NCBI GenBank assembly: GCA_963765895.1 | Contig: CAVXZB010000003.1 | Location: forward strand, 1-38,243 | DNA: 38,243 nt | Direction: 5' to 3' | Origin: an uncultured Nitrososphaeraceae archaeon | Lineage (GTDB): Archaea; Thermoproteota; Nitrososphaeria; Nitrososphaerales; Nitrososphaeraceae | Shown: piece by piece, positions 1 through 11,847 of the stretch | Layout of the letters: every line of letters starts with the position of its first letter | Numbering within the stretch: position 1 is the stretch's first letter | The notes under the pieces: model-generated | Told to the model about the DNA's origin: nothing | The model's database searches: none | What the model saw: the letters and a program-made list of their open reading frames with translations, nothing else | Made by a program: the position numbers and the translations under genes

Positions 1-139
1 GATGACATGAGAGGATCATTAACCTTGACACTTGGAAAAAGAATTTGCAGTAACAAATTGATGAGTTGAAATAATTATGTTCTGCATTTAGTTTTGTCTA
101 ACATGTTTGTATGTCTGCGATACAAACCTCAACGTAATT

Positions 140-727
140 TTATTGCACTGTCCCTATACCACCGCCTTTCAGCTGTACTGCGGTATTGTATACTAAAGTG
201 ATATTATAAGCAGGGTAATAAAAATAAACATATAGAAGATAAGATCCTAAACTTGCTGTGTGTGGTATAACAAAGGTTCCAGAATTGCCAGTGTAATTTC
301 CTATCGCTATAGGTGTTCCAAGCGATATATCGTTTTCAGGATCAACATCTTCAACACGCATATTATTTGGTGGAAAAGGAGAAGTTGTTGGAACCAATTT
401 TACAGTAGCTGTAGTATAGACTATATCTGAGTCAGTACTTGAATTTATTTTAAAATTCTCACCCGGCATAAGCGTCGTAATGGGTGCAGATAATCCGTAA
501 TTAGGATTAGATATCGCAATCTTATGTCGATCAGCTGTTCCTAGGAGTACAAATTCTTCATCAAGAGTTGAATTTTTATGATTAGTAGAAACGAGACTTA
601 CACCATCTGGGGGGCCTAGAATAGTAGTGGTACCTAGTCGCTGTTGTCTGGATACATCAGTATTGTCTTGAATCAATTGAGCATGTAAGAATCTGCTTTT
701 GAATCCTGTAGCTTGAATCCATAACAA
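140..727 (-). CDS. Hypothetical beta-rich, probably secreted protein; 5' end appears frameshifted
   Basis: 195-aa S/T/N-rich ORF ending in an Ig-like strand pattern (GSYLLYVYFYYP...LVYNTAVQL). An upstream out-of-frame MKKRIHYVYAIM segment resembles a signal peptide. Confidence 0.55.
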   Translation of the reverse strand: MLWIQATGFKSRFLHAQLIQDNTDVSRQQRLGTTTILGPPDGVSLVSTNHKNSTLDEEFVLLGTADRHKIAISNPNYGLSAPITTLMPGENFKINSSTDSDIVYTTATVKLVPTTSPFPPNNMRVEDVDPENDISLGTPIAIGNYTGNSGTFVIPHTASLGSYLLYVYFYYPAYNITLVYNTAVQLKGGGIGTVQ

Positions 728-1029
728 AGAGCAGCATCAAACATAATGGCATAGACATAATGAATTCTTTTTTCACTGGAATAGTCGAACCTATTAACAA
801 TATTAATCTAATCTAACGTTGTTAAGTCAGATTTTTAAACAAGCATTAGCCGGCTATCTCCATCTCAACACGACTGTGAAGTGGTACATTGCAGCTGTCA
901 TTTATTTGGGATCAATCTGTAGCAAGTATCTAGATTTAGTATTAGCTAAACGGTTTGGCACCACCTAGATTTCTTAGCCAAAGTATCAAAGCTATCTACA
1001 ATGGTGAAGGAAGCCATTAATCTGCAAAA

Positions 1030-2146
1030 TTATTTACCATTTGGACAGTTGACATACAAATATTTGGTATTCTCATTATATCTTATATCAGATATGGGTA
1101 ATACAATAAAATGATTGTCGTACAGGAATTTCATTTCTCTCGCAAATAAATTTATGTCAGTGTTGTATTTGTTTCTAACATAGTTCATAGTGGCAATATT
1201 AGTAAAGTTATGATATGTAATGATGGAATTGTGTTTATTATCCCATCATTATTGTATTTATCCTGACTATTTACTTCCTGCACAAATTATTGAAACATTT
1301 GCGAGCCATTGTATAGCCTATTTAAATGATGAGGATGTTGAGTCCAACTGCTAATAGAATATTTGTTTATTTTTAATAGCTTATCATAATACGTAGAGCT
1401 AACCACCCTATTATTGTTATTATTGTTGTTGTAATTATTTGGAATCTCCGTAGAAACATGACGACTGCAGTTTCCATTTAAGTAATTTGTCTGAGTAATA
1501 CTTCCATTATTCTTATCTTCTAATGACAGATCACAATTCAAGAACGCAAGAGGTCTGTCGCTAGTTCTTCCTGGTTGGTAATATTTAGCAACAGTATTTA
1601 TTACAGTGATATTGTTACGCCCTATATCAAAGGGATATGCAAAAATTGGAACATCGTTATTATTTATATTCGGACCTACACTATGATCAATAATACATTG
1701 CTTTGACTGTCCAATTTCATAATTCAGCTGTTGCTGCGAAAGATCATCAAGAGGGATATGATTCATGCTATGCGATTCTATATCATGACCTTGTCTTTAC
1801 AATGCTTGAATGTCGGTCCACGTCATTCTATCGGGGTTCGTTCCTACGTAGTTACAAACAATAAAAAAACTTCCTTTAAAGGCAAATCTATACAATATTG
1901 GCTTAGCATCAGTAAACTGGCTTTTCCAGCCATCATCAAATGCGATTATCACAGCTCTTGCATCATTATTTTTGTTACTATTATTAGTAGTATTTATCAT
2001 ATTGTTATCAACATTCTTGAGGCTCATATCGTTTGGCCAATTAAGACCAAACGTTGGTATTGATAATAAAGATCCTGATATGAGGATGCCTATAATATAT
2101 ATATACCATAAATAGTATAATTACAGGTATCTTTCTTTCTTAACAT
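1030..2146 (-). pseudogene. Polysaccharide deacetylase (NodB/CE4) pseudogene
   Basis: IAFDDGW, GHDIESHSMNH and FAYPF motifs. ORFs 1797..2027 and 1287..1766 are in frame across a TAA at 1797-1799. A second stop lies at 1287, followed by a frameshifted tail (ITYHNF...FAREMKFLYDNHF). Signal-like N-terminus from ATG 2146. Confidence 0.8.
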
Positions 2147-2203
2147 ACCGGTATGGTCTTTCTATCATATTGAGATATGTTATTTTAATATAGACTAACA
2201 TAG

Positions 2204-3051
2204 TTAATTGATACGGCTAACATTATCACCATCATCATCTATCTTCACATATTTCACAAACAGCGCGTTATTCGAAGAACTGAATCCCGAGTCCATCATC
2301 CTGATTACCTTGAAGCCGTTATCGTGTAAATATTTCATTTCCTGTTCGGACAGTTGAGGGCTAGTCAAAATCTTGTCATTTTTGTTCGTATTATTTACAA
2401 ATGTATGAAATTTAATACTTGCATTTGCGGTTGAATTTGCGCCATTAACATTGTCTATAAATGTCTTGAGCTTATCAGAGTCATTGGCACCTGATTGAGT
2501 CGATGGATGTACGGAGTATCTGTTAACTGATTATAATGATTGAATCGGAACACCTCAGCCATGAGCTGAGATATAATATTTAGAAACCACATTCACAACA
2601 TTTTGTTTATCTGATCCATCAGAGAATGGGTATGCAAAACAGTCGAGTTAATTCGATGATCTGCTAGACGTTGCTTTGACTGACCTATCTCATATTGTAA
2701 TTTTACATCCGATAGTCTAGATAAATGCTTATGACTCATGTTATACGACTCTATATCATGACCCTCATTTCGTAGCGAGTTTATCTGAGTCCAATTCATA
2801 TGTTCGGTTTTTCCAACATAATCACATACTATAAAGAACGTTGAACATTCCCATCCAACCAAGGTCGGTGAACCCTTTGATATAAGCATGGAACATGAAC
2901 ATGCCTGGTTTATCATATGTGAACTACAAATTGAAAGCCAGGCCAATAGATGAAAAATGTTATGTAGTAGATTTATAAAACTAGCATGCTATAATGCCAT
3001 GTTGCAGCATCAATTTGTTCTGTTGTCATTACTTTATTTTACTCTATCCAT
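2204..3051 (-). pseudogene. Second polysaccharide deacetylase pseudogene (paralogue of the adjacent one)
   Basis: FFIVCDYVG, MNWTQI, GHDIESYNMSHKHL and YEIGQSKQ match the neighbour. Frameshifted tail QEMKYLHDNGFKVI. The DDG motif region is eroded; boundaries approximate. Confidence 0.7.
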
Positions 3052-3147
3052 TTGAAGTATTATACCTTGCAAAAAATATTTTTCCATCTGAATATGGCTG
3101 AAAGAATGGTATATTTATAAGAACGTATACTGCAATTCTAAAAGGAT

Positions 3148-3867
3148 ATGTACAGGAATAGTAGTGCTTTTACTATATCATTACTTTTTACTCTATTAGC
3201 TATTTCATTAGTATCTGCGTCATATTTCAAAGTTGCTAGTGCCTTACTTGATAACGCCATGAACTCAAAGGTAAAAATAATCGAACTAGTTACAAAAAAG
3301 CCAAGCCTGAACAACAAGGTATCGCGATAAACGCATCAGGCCACTTTGCAAATAATCAAATACAAAATGGTTCAGTAACATGGATACAGGGGTGGTTTAT
3401 GGGATCTCGTAGTACGTAATGATACTAATATGACTAACCAGATCTCTAAAAATACAAGTGCTCCTACTCCATCTCCCAAAGCCGCTTTTTCAGCTAATTT
3501 TACTATGGTAAAACCTGATGGTGGCGAATCTCATATGCATTCAATTAATAATTTCGTATCAAATGATGTGATAATTGGTGGTGGCGATTTGGTAATTACT
3601 GGAATTGGAAATATTTATTCTGATGGCGCTATAAAGTTCAAGCAGGTTCCTATTACTGTGCATCTTATGGGAAGACAGCATGTACTTGGTCTTATCATAG
3701 ATACAGTCAAAACGGAAAATCATTTTGCAAGTACTCATGAAATGTTTGGTACATTAATAAACGGTACAGGATTGGAGAAGATTGAAAAGACGCTAGCACC
3801 AACAAAGTTACAGTCGCCGGAGCAGCAAAACAGAAAAAGTATGAATATGTCTATGAGTATGAGATAA
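3148..3867 (+). CDS. Secreted hypothetical protein split by two homopolymer frameshifts
   Basis: ORF 3148..3330 starts with a signal peptide and joins ORF 3430..3867 via INASGHFANNQIQNGSVTWIQGGLWDL. Shifts occur at the A-run near 3294-3299 and the G-run near 3389-3392. Contains FSANFTMVKPDG. Confidence 0.6.
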
Positions 3868-4423
3868 ATTCTTCATAGACGTCAAGTAAAACCTATTTTC
3901 CAGATTTAATGTTTAAAACCTTTGCTTCCTAACACATGTATTAACAATATTATCAATCAAAAAATGTTTACAGTTGGATTAATAGCAACTGCTATTTTTC
4001 TTAGGAGCCACATTTCCAAGGTAAGCACATAATAGGGGAGCTCGGAACTTACCTAACTATTGTATATATAAGTGAGTATTCTCAACGACATTATCTGGAA
4101 ATAATATATTCAGATGATGCTGTACCATAAATAGTACCATTAACTTGGGTTTTCAGAATAATGTGTGAACTTCCAGAATCCAAAGATAGTGGATATAAAA
4201 CTGAAGCATACAAGACCGATATCAATAAAATAAAAACATCTAATTGAAATAAGGCTGAAATGGTTGAAACAGAAGTTGTCCTAGCAACTGTGTATTTAAA
4301 ATTCTGTACTTAGATACTAAAGGCAGAAACTGATTATAGAATTAAATATATTGATAAATTTGTGCATACTCTTATACGGTCTTAATAATAAATGTTAGGA
4401 AGTTATCTGTAAGAGATTGTTAC

Positions 4424-5134
4424 TTATTTTACTATTAGTACAGGACAATCTGCATATCTCAGTATTTCTGAAGCAACACTTCCAAGCAATATTCGTTTCA
4501 GTCCACTCCTGCCCCTTGTTCCTGCAATGATTAGATCTGCATCAAGTTTGTTAGCATAGTCTACTATTTCTGTTGCTACAGATCTTGTAGCAACAATTAT
4601 ATCAGTTTGTAAATTTACATCCATTTCTTTAGCCTTTTCCATAATTTTGTTAAGTAATTTTGCTTGCACTTCTTGTTTTGATAGCTCTACAATTCCCTTT
4701 ACAGGAGTTGAAGGGATATCTGGCTGGATTGCATCTACACTGTCGTATCCATATCTTATTTCCTGTGGTAAAACATGAATGACAGTCACGACCGCATTGA
4801 ATAGCTTTGCTAGAGAGATTCCATAATCAGCTGCATCTAATGACTCTTTAGAACCATCTATGGAAACTAATATTTTGTTAAATTTCTTGCTTGAAGATTC
4901 GAGTTTCTTTATGAAATCGTTACAACTATTAAGCACATCATCTTCCATCAGAATATCCATGACTTCTTTCAGATACTTAATTGCTAGAGGTCCACGAGCG
5001 TATAATTGATATATCTTCTCCTGTCTGTGTTTCTTGTCCCTTGAACTAAGTATTTCATCTCTTAAGTCTTCGAATTCCCTCGCAGACAAGATCTCACTTA
5101 TTACTCGATGCCTCCTATATTCGTATTTAAGCAT
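4424..5134 (-). CDS. Universal stress protein with an extra ~85-aa N-terminal helical domain
   Basis: KILVSIDGS...ADLIIAGTRGRSGLKRILLGSVASEILRYADCPVLIVK is the USP signature with the ATP-binding G-2x-G-9x-G(S/T) motif. Confidence 0.92.
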   Translation of the reverse strand: MLKYEYRRHRVISEILSAREFEDLRDEILSSRDKKHRQEKIYQLYARGPLAIKYLKEVMDILMEDDVLNSCNDFIKKLESSSKKFNKILVSIDGSKESLDAADYGISLAKLFNAVVTVIHVLPQEIRYGYDSVDAIQPDIPSTPVKGIVELSKQEVQAKLLNKIMEKAKEMDVNLQTDIIVATRSVATEIVDYANKLDADLIIAGTRGRSGLKRILLGSVASEILRYADCPVLIVK

Positions 5135-5345
5135 CTGGTTTGATATCTAATTACAATTTGTTGATGATTTAATTATAAAGTGAATCACAACTGGAATAAT
5201 ATGTTACGAAATATGAAGTATATCAAAATTCATTAAATAAAATAAAAAGATTTGACCTGTCTCAAATATAAGCATGATACTTTCTTGTGGATATATGCAA
5301 CTTGATAAGTGGTTATCAACTATGTGATTTATACGAGTTACTATA

Positions 5346-5359
5346 TGCACTGCAATGCA
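5346..5359. promoter_or_regulatory. TGCA-repeat operator box upstream of gap, in the divergent usp/gap region
   Basis: TGCACTGCAATGCA within near-palindrome TATGCACTGCAATGCATA (5344-5361), followed by TATA-like TATTATAA at 5363-5370. Confidence 0.65.
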
Positions 5360-5370
5360 TACTATTATAA

Positions 5371-6474
<1,104 letters not shown>

Positions 6475-6782
6475 ATAGATTTACCAAATTAAGAACTACT
6501 TTTTTATTGCGTAATTATATATATTTAGAAATGGAACGAGCTGCAGCTATCTTGTCAAGCAAAATATGTCAGACATTATTGTCAACCATATTGTTACCAG
6601 TCTGCATATCTAGACTACAAAAGGGGCTATGATCTAGTGATTCGTAAAGAAGTAATTGTTGGAGCAGGAGTGACTTTACAATTTATTCAGTTTCAGTCTA
6701 TCAACTGCTAATATTTTCTCGAATTTAAGAATCGATTGTCTGGAGTAGTAGAAATGACAAGATAAAGGTTATTAAAGTTTTA

Positions 6783-7508
6783 TCAAATGAAAATCTTCCT
6801 TTGATATTCTATTCTTCCATATTTAATTGCCTCTCTGATTATTGTAAATTCAACTTGTTCGGCCATCTTGCTTAGCTTTGAGACGTCTTCTTTGTAGTCT
6901 TCAAAAGATGTGTGCTCCTTTTGACCCAAGAAATGTTCTTTTATGTGAAACCCTGACATTGCCCCTTCAATCAAAAACCATACATCAATTCCCCATCCGT
7001 CAGGGATTGATTCCTTAACTAATAGCTCTTTCCAAACTTGTGCCCTAGCACAGACTTCACCACTAAGTGGCTGTTCAAAATGGGATAATTCTGGAAAGAA
7101 GATATGTAACATCGGTCTTGCAATAAGTTTTGTTACTGCCGCATCTCTAGCATGTCTAGTATAAAATCCCCTTGACATATCACAGTTATCATCGATTAAT
7201 GCTCCAACCAATTCATTTACCCAATCTGTTGTTAGATTTCTTATATCTGCATCCAAAAAAACAATAATATCTGCATTCATTCTTTCAATTGCTTCTTTTA
7301 ATCCTTTCTTCATAGCCAAACCCTTCCCAGGAAACAAATGTTTAGATTGTCGTATTACGACGGCTCCAGCTGTTATGGCCAATTCAGTTGTCTTGTCAGA
7401 AGAATAGGCATCAACGACTAATACTTCAGGTTTATAATAGCTCTTCTTAGCTATTGAGATAGAATTTTCTATGGTATTTTCTTCGTTTTTTGCAGCGAAA
7501 ATTACCAC
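6783..7508 (-). CDS. Glycosyltransferase, glucosyl-3-phosphoglycerate synthase-like; true start may be ATG 7570 with a 5' frameshift
   Basis: AKNEE, VVDAYSSDKT, GKGLAM, FLDAD, VTKLIARP, QPLSGE and GWGID motifs typical of GpgS/MpgS-like enzymes. Confidence 0.75.
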   Translation of the reverse strand: MVIFAAKNEENTIENSISIAKKSYYKPEVLVVDAYSSDKTTELAITAGAVVIRQSKHLFPGKGLAMKKGLKEAIERMNADIIVFLDADIRNLTTDWVNELVGALIDDNCDMSRGFYTRHARDAAVTKLIARPMLHIFFPELSHFEQPLSGEVCARAQVWKELLVKESIPDGWGIDVWFLIEGAMSGFHIKEHFLGQKEHTSFEDYKEDVSKLSKMAEQVEFTIIREAIKYGRIEYQRKIFI

Positions 7509-7692
7509 AACTTTAGGATGTAAATTGTCTATATCCTTAATCCGATGGCTGATCGTTCAAATAACCCCATTTTTAGTATAATTATTCAATATGTAATTGT
7601 ATTCCCGGATATAATTGGTATAAACACTACCAGATCTTTAGTAGATAAACTCATTATTAAACATATCATGGTAAGAAATACATTTAGTTAAT

Positions 7693-7701
7693 TGCATTGC
7701 A
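7693..7701. promoter_or_regulatory. Partial TGCA box between the divergent glycosyltransferase and SnoaL-like genes
   Basis: TGCATTGCA in intergenic DNA. Confidence 0.45.
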
Positions 7702-7776
7702 TACATAGTAATTATTTAGTAGTTAGTCGATGGGTATATGATGAAATTCATTGCACTAGATGGGATTTACTAACAG

Positions 7777-8232
7777 ATGTCTAGACGCAAGAAGGTTTTT
7801 CTGCAGTCTGATAGAGACATAGTATTTGAATATTTTAGACGCATTAAGAATAAAGATATCCCTGGATTATTAGATCTTTTTACAGATGATGCTGTAGTCT
7901 ACGAACCATTTAGCAAACTAGATGGCACACATGGCAAAACAGCTGGATTACGCGGCAAACACGCGATAGAGCCGTTTCTTGGAGTAGTAGTTATGGCTAA
8001 TGATGGTCTAGAAGATATCATTAAAATTGATAAGAGCGATGAAAAAACAGACGGTCCAAAAAATAAGTCTACTCAGATCTCCGCGATCGCAACTTTTGAG
8101 CGTGGGGATAAAATAACTGCTCGATTCACCTTTGAATTAATTTCACCTATTATTGGCAATAGTGATGATAATACGAATATTAATCAGAATGAGAAAAAGA
8201 TCAAGAGTCTACACATTCAATTTACAAATTAA
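7777..8232 (+). CDS. NTF2/SnoaL-like fold protein
   Basis: VFEYFRRIKNKDIPGLLDLFTDDAVVYEP...LRGKHAIEPF...KIKSLHI is a SnoaL-like pattern. Confidence 0.8.
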   Translation: MSRRKKVFLQSDRDIVFEYFRRIKNKDIPGLLDLFTDDAVVYEPFSKLDGTHGKTAGLRGKHAIEPFLGVVVMANDGLEDIIKIDKSDEKTDGPKNKSTQISAIATFERGDKITARFTFELISPIIGNSDDNTNINQNEKKIKSLHIQFTN

Positions 8233-8548
8233 TCGTATAATTAACTAATAATTAACATTATATTTGATTTATTTTTGCCCAAGTAATTACTGTCTACAAA
8301 TAATGACTCGGCTTATGCCCACTAGTATTATCAAACCATACGATGTCACAAGACACTATCTAACAATAAGTATTACTTATGAATTAGTAATGTCTAAAAT
8401 AGTATTATATTGCATTGTAGTTTGCTTAACACGTTAGTTTTAAAATGATTATATTATGTGTTGCAGAGTAAGTTCAATTTGTTCAGTGTGATTGCTAGAA
8501 TCTATAGAAAAATGTTAAAAACTAGTATTCATAACTATCGTTATCAAA

Positions 8549-9172
8549 ATGGTAGATATTTTTGATACTTCCTCAATTAATATTAATTCTGACCAGTCCA
8601 AGAAGCCTACTAGAAGTATTACATTTAGACTAGATTCTAAAGTTATTGATGAGATGCAGAGAGAGGCAGACCAGAGTGAGATTTCATTAAATGTTTTGGT
8701 AAATCAGACCCTCAAGAAGTATACTGAGTGGGGTAGATATGAGAACAAGATTGGCATGATGCCAGTACCAAAATTAATGTTATCATCTTTAATAGATCGA
8801 GCGATAGAAATAGCAAAAGAGACAGGAATACTAAATGATACCAATATAGAGCCATATCGAGATCAAGTTATAAAAGAAGCTGCTAATACCGCATATGACC
8901 TAATGAAAGATGCTGTATTGTTTATGAGGAAAGATTACAACTTATGGACAGTATTATCTGTACTGCAGGAATATATGAAAGTATCAGGTATCAATTCGGA
9001 TCATCGAATCGAAAGTGGAAGAAAGCATGTATTTGTAATAAAACATGAGTTAGGACAGAATTGGTCACTATTTACAAAAGAATTATTAACACAAATATTT
9101 GAGTCACTTGCTCAGGTTAGAGCTGAATTTAGAATTACTCCAAATACCACTACTGCAGAAGTAATATTGTGA
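8549..9172 (+). CDS. Ribbon-helix-helix transcriptional regulator with a C-terminal domain
   Basis: N-terminal TRSITFRLDSKVIDEMQREADQSEISLNVLVNQTLKKY is an RHH pattern. C-terminal HELGQNWSLF region. Confidence 0.75.
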   Translation: MVDIFDTSSININSDQSKKPTRSITFRLDSKVIDEMQREADQSEISLNVLVNQTLKKYTEWGRYENKIGMMPVPKLMLSSLIDRAIEIAKETGILNDTNIEPYRDQVIKEAANTAYDLMKDAVLFMRKDYNLWTVLSVLQEYMKVSGINSDHRIESGRKHVFVIKHELGQNWSLFTKELLTQIFESLAQVRAEFRITPNTTTAEVIL

Positions 9173-9192
9173 TACTAACTATATAATAATAA

Positions 9193-9650
9193 TTGCGTTA
9201 GGAAACTTTTCAATATCACTTCAAGTAATCAATATCAGAACCAAAGATGGAAGACTGGCAAATTGACTTTCAGAAAGAAAATAATGATTAGTCATGTTCT
9301 AATGAATATGCATGCAATAGAAGAAAATTATAATAGGGCTGATAGGTCTAAGATGTTACTTGAAGATATCTAAAAGCAGTATCAGAGCTAACTATATCAG
9401 ACGAAAAACGAGTGAATATAGAGGTAAAGAAATTGCAAACTGACATCTATAATATGAAATCAATAGAGATAGAATCATCAGAAAAGAGAAAAGTGATCAA
9501 TCTTTGAAATAGCAATATGAGGAAATGAGTGCTACTCTTCAAAATATTAAGAGTTATAGTAAATGTAGAACAACCTGCTAAGAATAAAATAACAAAGCAT
9601 ATGATTATGAGAGGAGAATACAATCCAGATCCTAATAGAAATTAGATGTG
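9193..9650 (+). pseudogene. C-terminal remnant of a tyrosine integrase-like gene
   Basis: Broken frames read VRKLF...KIMISH...IEENYNR...MLLE/YLKAVSELTISDEKRVNIEVKKLQ, paralleling FRKFF...MGH...Y...LTINEEYRLAKKV in the integrase at 27.6 kb. Boundaries approximate. Confidence 0.55.
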
Positions 9651-10180
9651 TTAAAGAACCACATGATCTGGAATCTCTAAATATTCAATTAGAAAGACAA
9701 GGCGTAGATATACAAAAAGGTAGAAGAACTAGAATAACTGAACCAATCACTGAGAGATCATGATAAAATAAAAGATGATTCTATGCACGATTATCAGATA
9801 AACTTGTGTCTGTATCTGATAGGTTGCAGGAAATTGGGAGAAGGCAGGTTGTTGGCGCGTGTTGGGGTTACGATGTGAATAGAAATAATAAATCTAAAAT
9901 GCACATTGGCTACAGGAACCATAATGAGTGTAATGAAATATGCTGACTAGATTCAATAATTAGTTTCTACATTTGAGAATTCCAAGTCCACGTTTGCCTT
10001 CCATAGATATTTCTATACATTTCATTTTTATCTAAAGGCGTTAACGAGTTACTTTTGTATTCTTAATGCCATCACTTTTCTGAACACCAGGTTCTATACT
10101 CAGATTAGTTATTCTAATTACAATATTCTTTTTGCTTGTTCGACTGTAAATTTACTCATATCATGATTAAGAACAAATTA

Positions 10181-10738
10181 TTATAATTGAGTAGGACAAA
10201 TGTCTCTAAGCCATGAATTGGAAGTATATCTACCAAAGAAGGAGTGTTGGTCGACAAGTAATGTTGGGTCGGTTAACAGGCTGGTTGCCAATAACTGATT
10301 TGTCATAATTGCCTTTAGAATATCTTTGTCTGTTATTATCCCAATCATTTTACCACTATTATCTAATACAGGCAGCCTGCGTATGTTTTTTGTATGCATT
10401 ACCGAAACTGCTTCAGTGATTGAGGCGAACTTCCTTATTGTGATTAATGGCTTGCTCATTATTTCAGATATGGGAATGTCTACGAGGAACATTTCAGAAA
10501 ATCCTATTAGACGCACATAATCCCTTTCTGTCACTATACCAATGACTACCCCATTATTCTTATCACTATTAGTTTCTGACCCTTTCGCATTTATCAGAAT
10601 AACAATACTACCGACTTTTCTATTATACATTAATTTGCAGACATCACGTACGCTTTGATTTTCATTAGCCGTTACTACACTGGTAGTCATAAAGTCAGAT
10701 ACAGGAATCAGTTCACCCGGGGTAGCATTATTATTCAT
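10181..10738 (-). CDS. CBS-pair (Bateman) protein
   Basis: MTTSVVT, VGSIVI, GIVTERD, MSKPLITI, IRRLPV and GIITDKD. ATG 10738 preferred over TTG 10744. Confidence 0.92.
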   Translation of the reverse strand: MNNNATPGELIPVSDFMTTSVVTANENQSVRDVCKLMYNRKVGSIVILINAKGSETNSDKNNGVVIGIVTERDYVRLIGFSEMFLVDIPISEIMSKPLITIRKFASITEAVSVMHTKNIRRLPVLDNSGKMIGIITDKDILKAIMTNQLLATSLLTDPTLLVDQHSFFGRYTSNSWLRDICPTQL

Positions 10739-10781
10739 ATGCAAGTATATTATTGTGTTTTTTATATTTCTAATCTACGAC

Positions 10782-10800
10782 TGCATTGCATTGCATTGCA
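10782..10800. promoter_or_regulatory. Four-unit TGCA box between divergent CBS genes
   Basis: TGCATTGCATTGCATTGCA, flanked by TATA-like boxes on both strands (minus TATAAAAA 10766-10759; plus ATATATTA 10811-10818). Confidence 0.7.
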
Positions 10801-10847
10801 AACTTTATCAATATATTATTATTACACTAACCCTTTTTTGACAGTAA

Positions 10848-11477
10848 ATGTATTCAAATTCATTATTCCAGAAGGCTGGCGATTTGATTAAGGGAGATTT
10901 TGCGACTCTATACGAGGATGCCAATGTTGTGGATGCAACCAGATTGATGAATAATAAGAATACATCTTCTATAATTGTCAGACTCAAAGATTCTAAAGAA
11001 CCAATTGGTATAGTTACTGAAAGAGACATACTGTATCGTGTCGTGGCTGAAAGCAAGGATCCATCAAAGATTACATTAAAGGAGATAATGAGTTCACCAA
11101 TCCATACGATCGGGAAGGATGTATTAGTGAAAGATGCAGTATCAATCATGAGAAATAAAGGAATAAGAAGATTAGTTGTAGTAACAAATAAAAATAAATC
11201 TACTGAATCTGACTTATCTTCTCTTGGCAAAGACAAAGGTAAAGAAAGTATACTTGGTGTATTAACATTAATGTCAATCATTGGGGAATCATCTAATCAA
11301 AGTGTAAGTATGGCAGATATTGATATTCCAGATTCTATTATTGCATCGAAAAATATTGTAATAACTTGCCCTTATTGTGGGTCAAAATTTGATAATAAAA
11401 CAGATCTGTCGAAACATATAGACAGAATTCATATTGGAGCTGGTCTACTTGAAGGAGATACACGACAATGGCAGTAA
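10848..11477 (+). CDS. CBS-pair protein with a C-terminal C2H2 zinc finger
   Basis: GIVTERD and IRRLVV CBS motifs, then CPYCGSKFDNKTDLSKHIDRIH. Confidence 0.9.
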   Translation: MYSNSLFQKAGDLIKGDFATLYEDANVVDATRLMNNKNTSSIIVRLKDSKEPIGIVTERDILYRVVAESKDPSKITLKEIMSSPIHTIGKDVLVKDAVSIMRNKGIRRLVVVTNKNKSTESDLSSLGKDKGKESILGVLTLMSIIGESSNQSVSMADIDIPDSIIASKNIVITCPYCGSKFDNKTDLSKHIDRIHIGAGLLEGDTRQWQ

Positions 11478-11847
11478 ATTGAGCCATTATGGTGTTCCGG
11501 CAATCTGTAATATATGCAATAACTTAAAGCAACGATCTTCGCTGCCTAAAGAGGTTTTTGCTTCTTTTAATTTGCGTTATTTACATGCGTACAGATAAGT
11601 GCACTTATTTATAATATACATTTTTTAAGAAATTGAAAACATTTTTGTTAATTATCGGTATTAATTGGCGGGATATATGTTTTGACTAAATGAGATACCT
11701 TATGAGATCGTCTATATGTTTGGTATAGGAAGATGCATGGATAATCACTCAATACCCAACACATCCACAATGCATGCTAAGAGTACTTACACGGTAGGAC
11801 AGGGTACCTTCGAGGTAAATTTCGAGACTATCAGTAGTCAGAATTAT

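Noticed and set aside
10782-10800. Neutral (TTGCA)n microsatellite
   Set aside because: The same motif with variable spacer bases recurs at other promoters, favouring a binding site, although slippage may have added the fourth unit.
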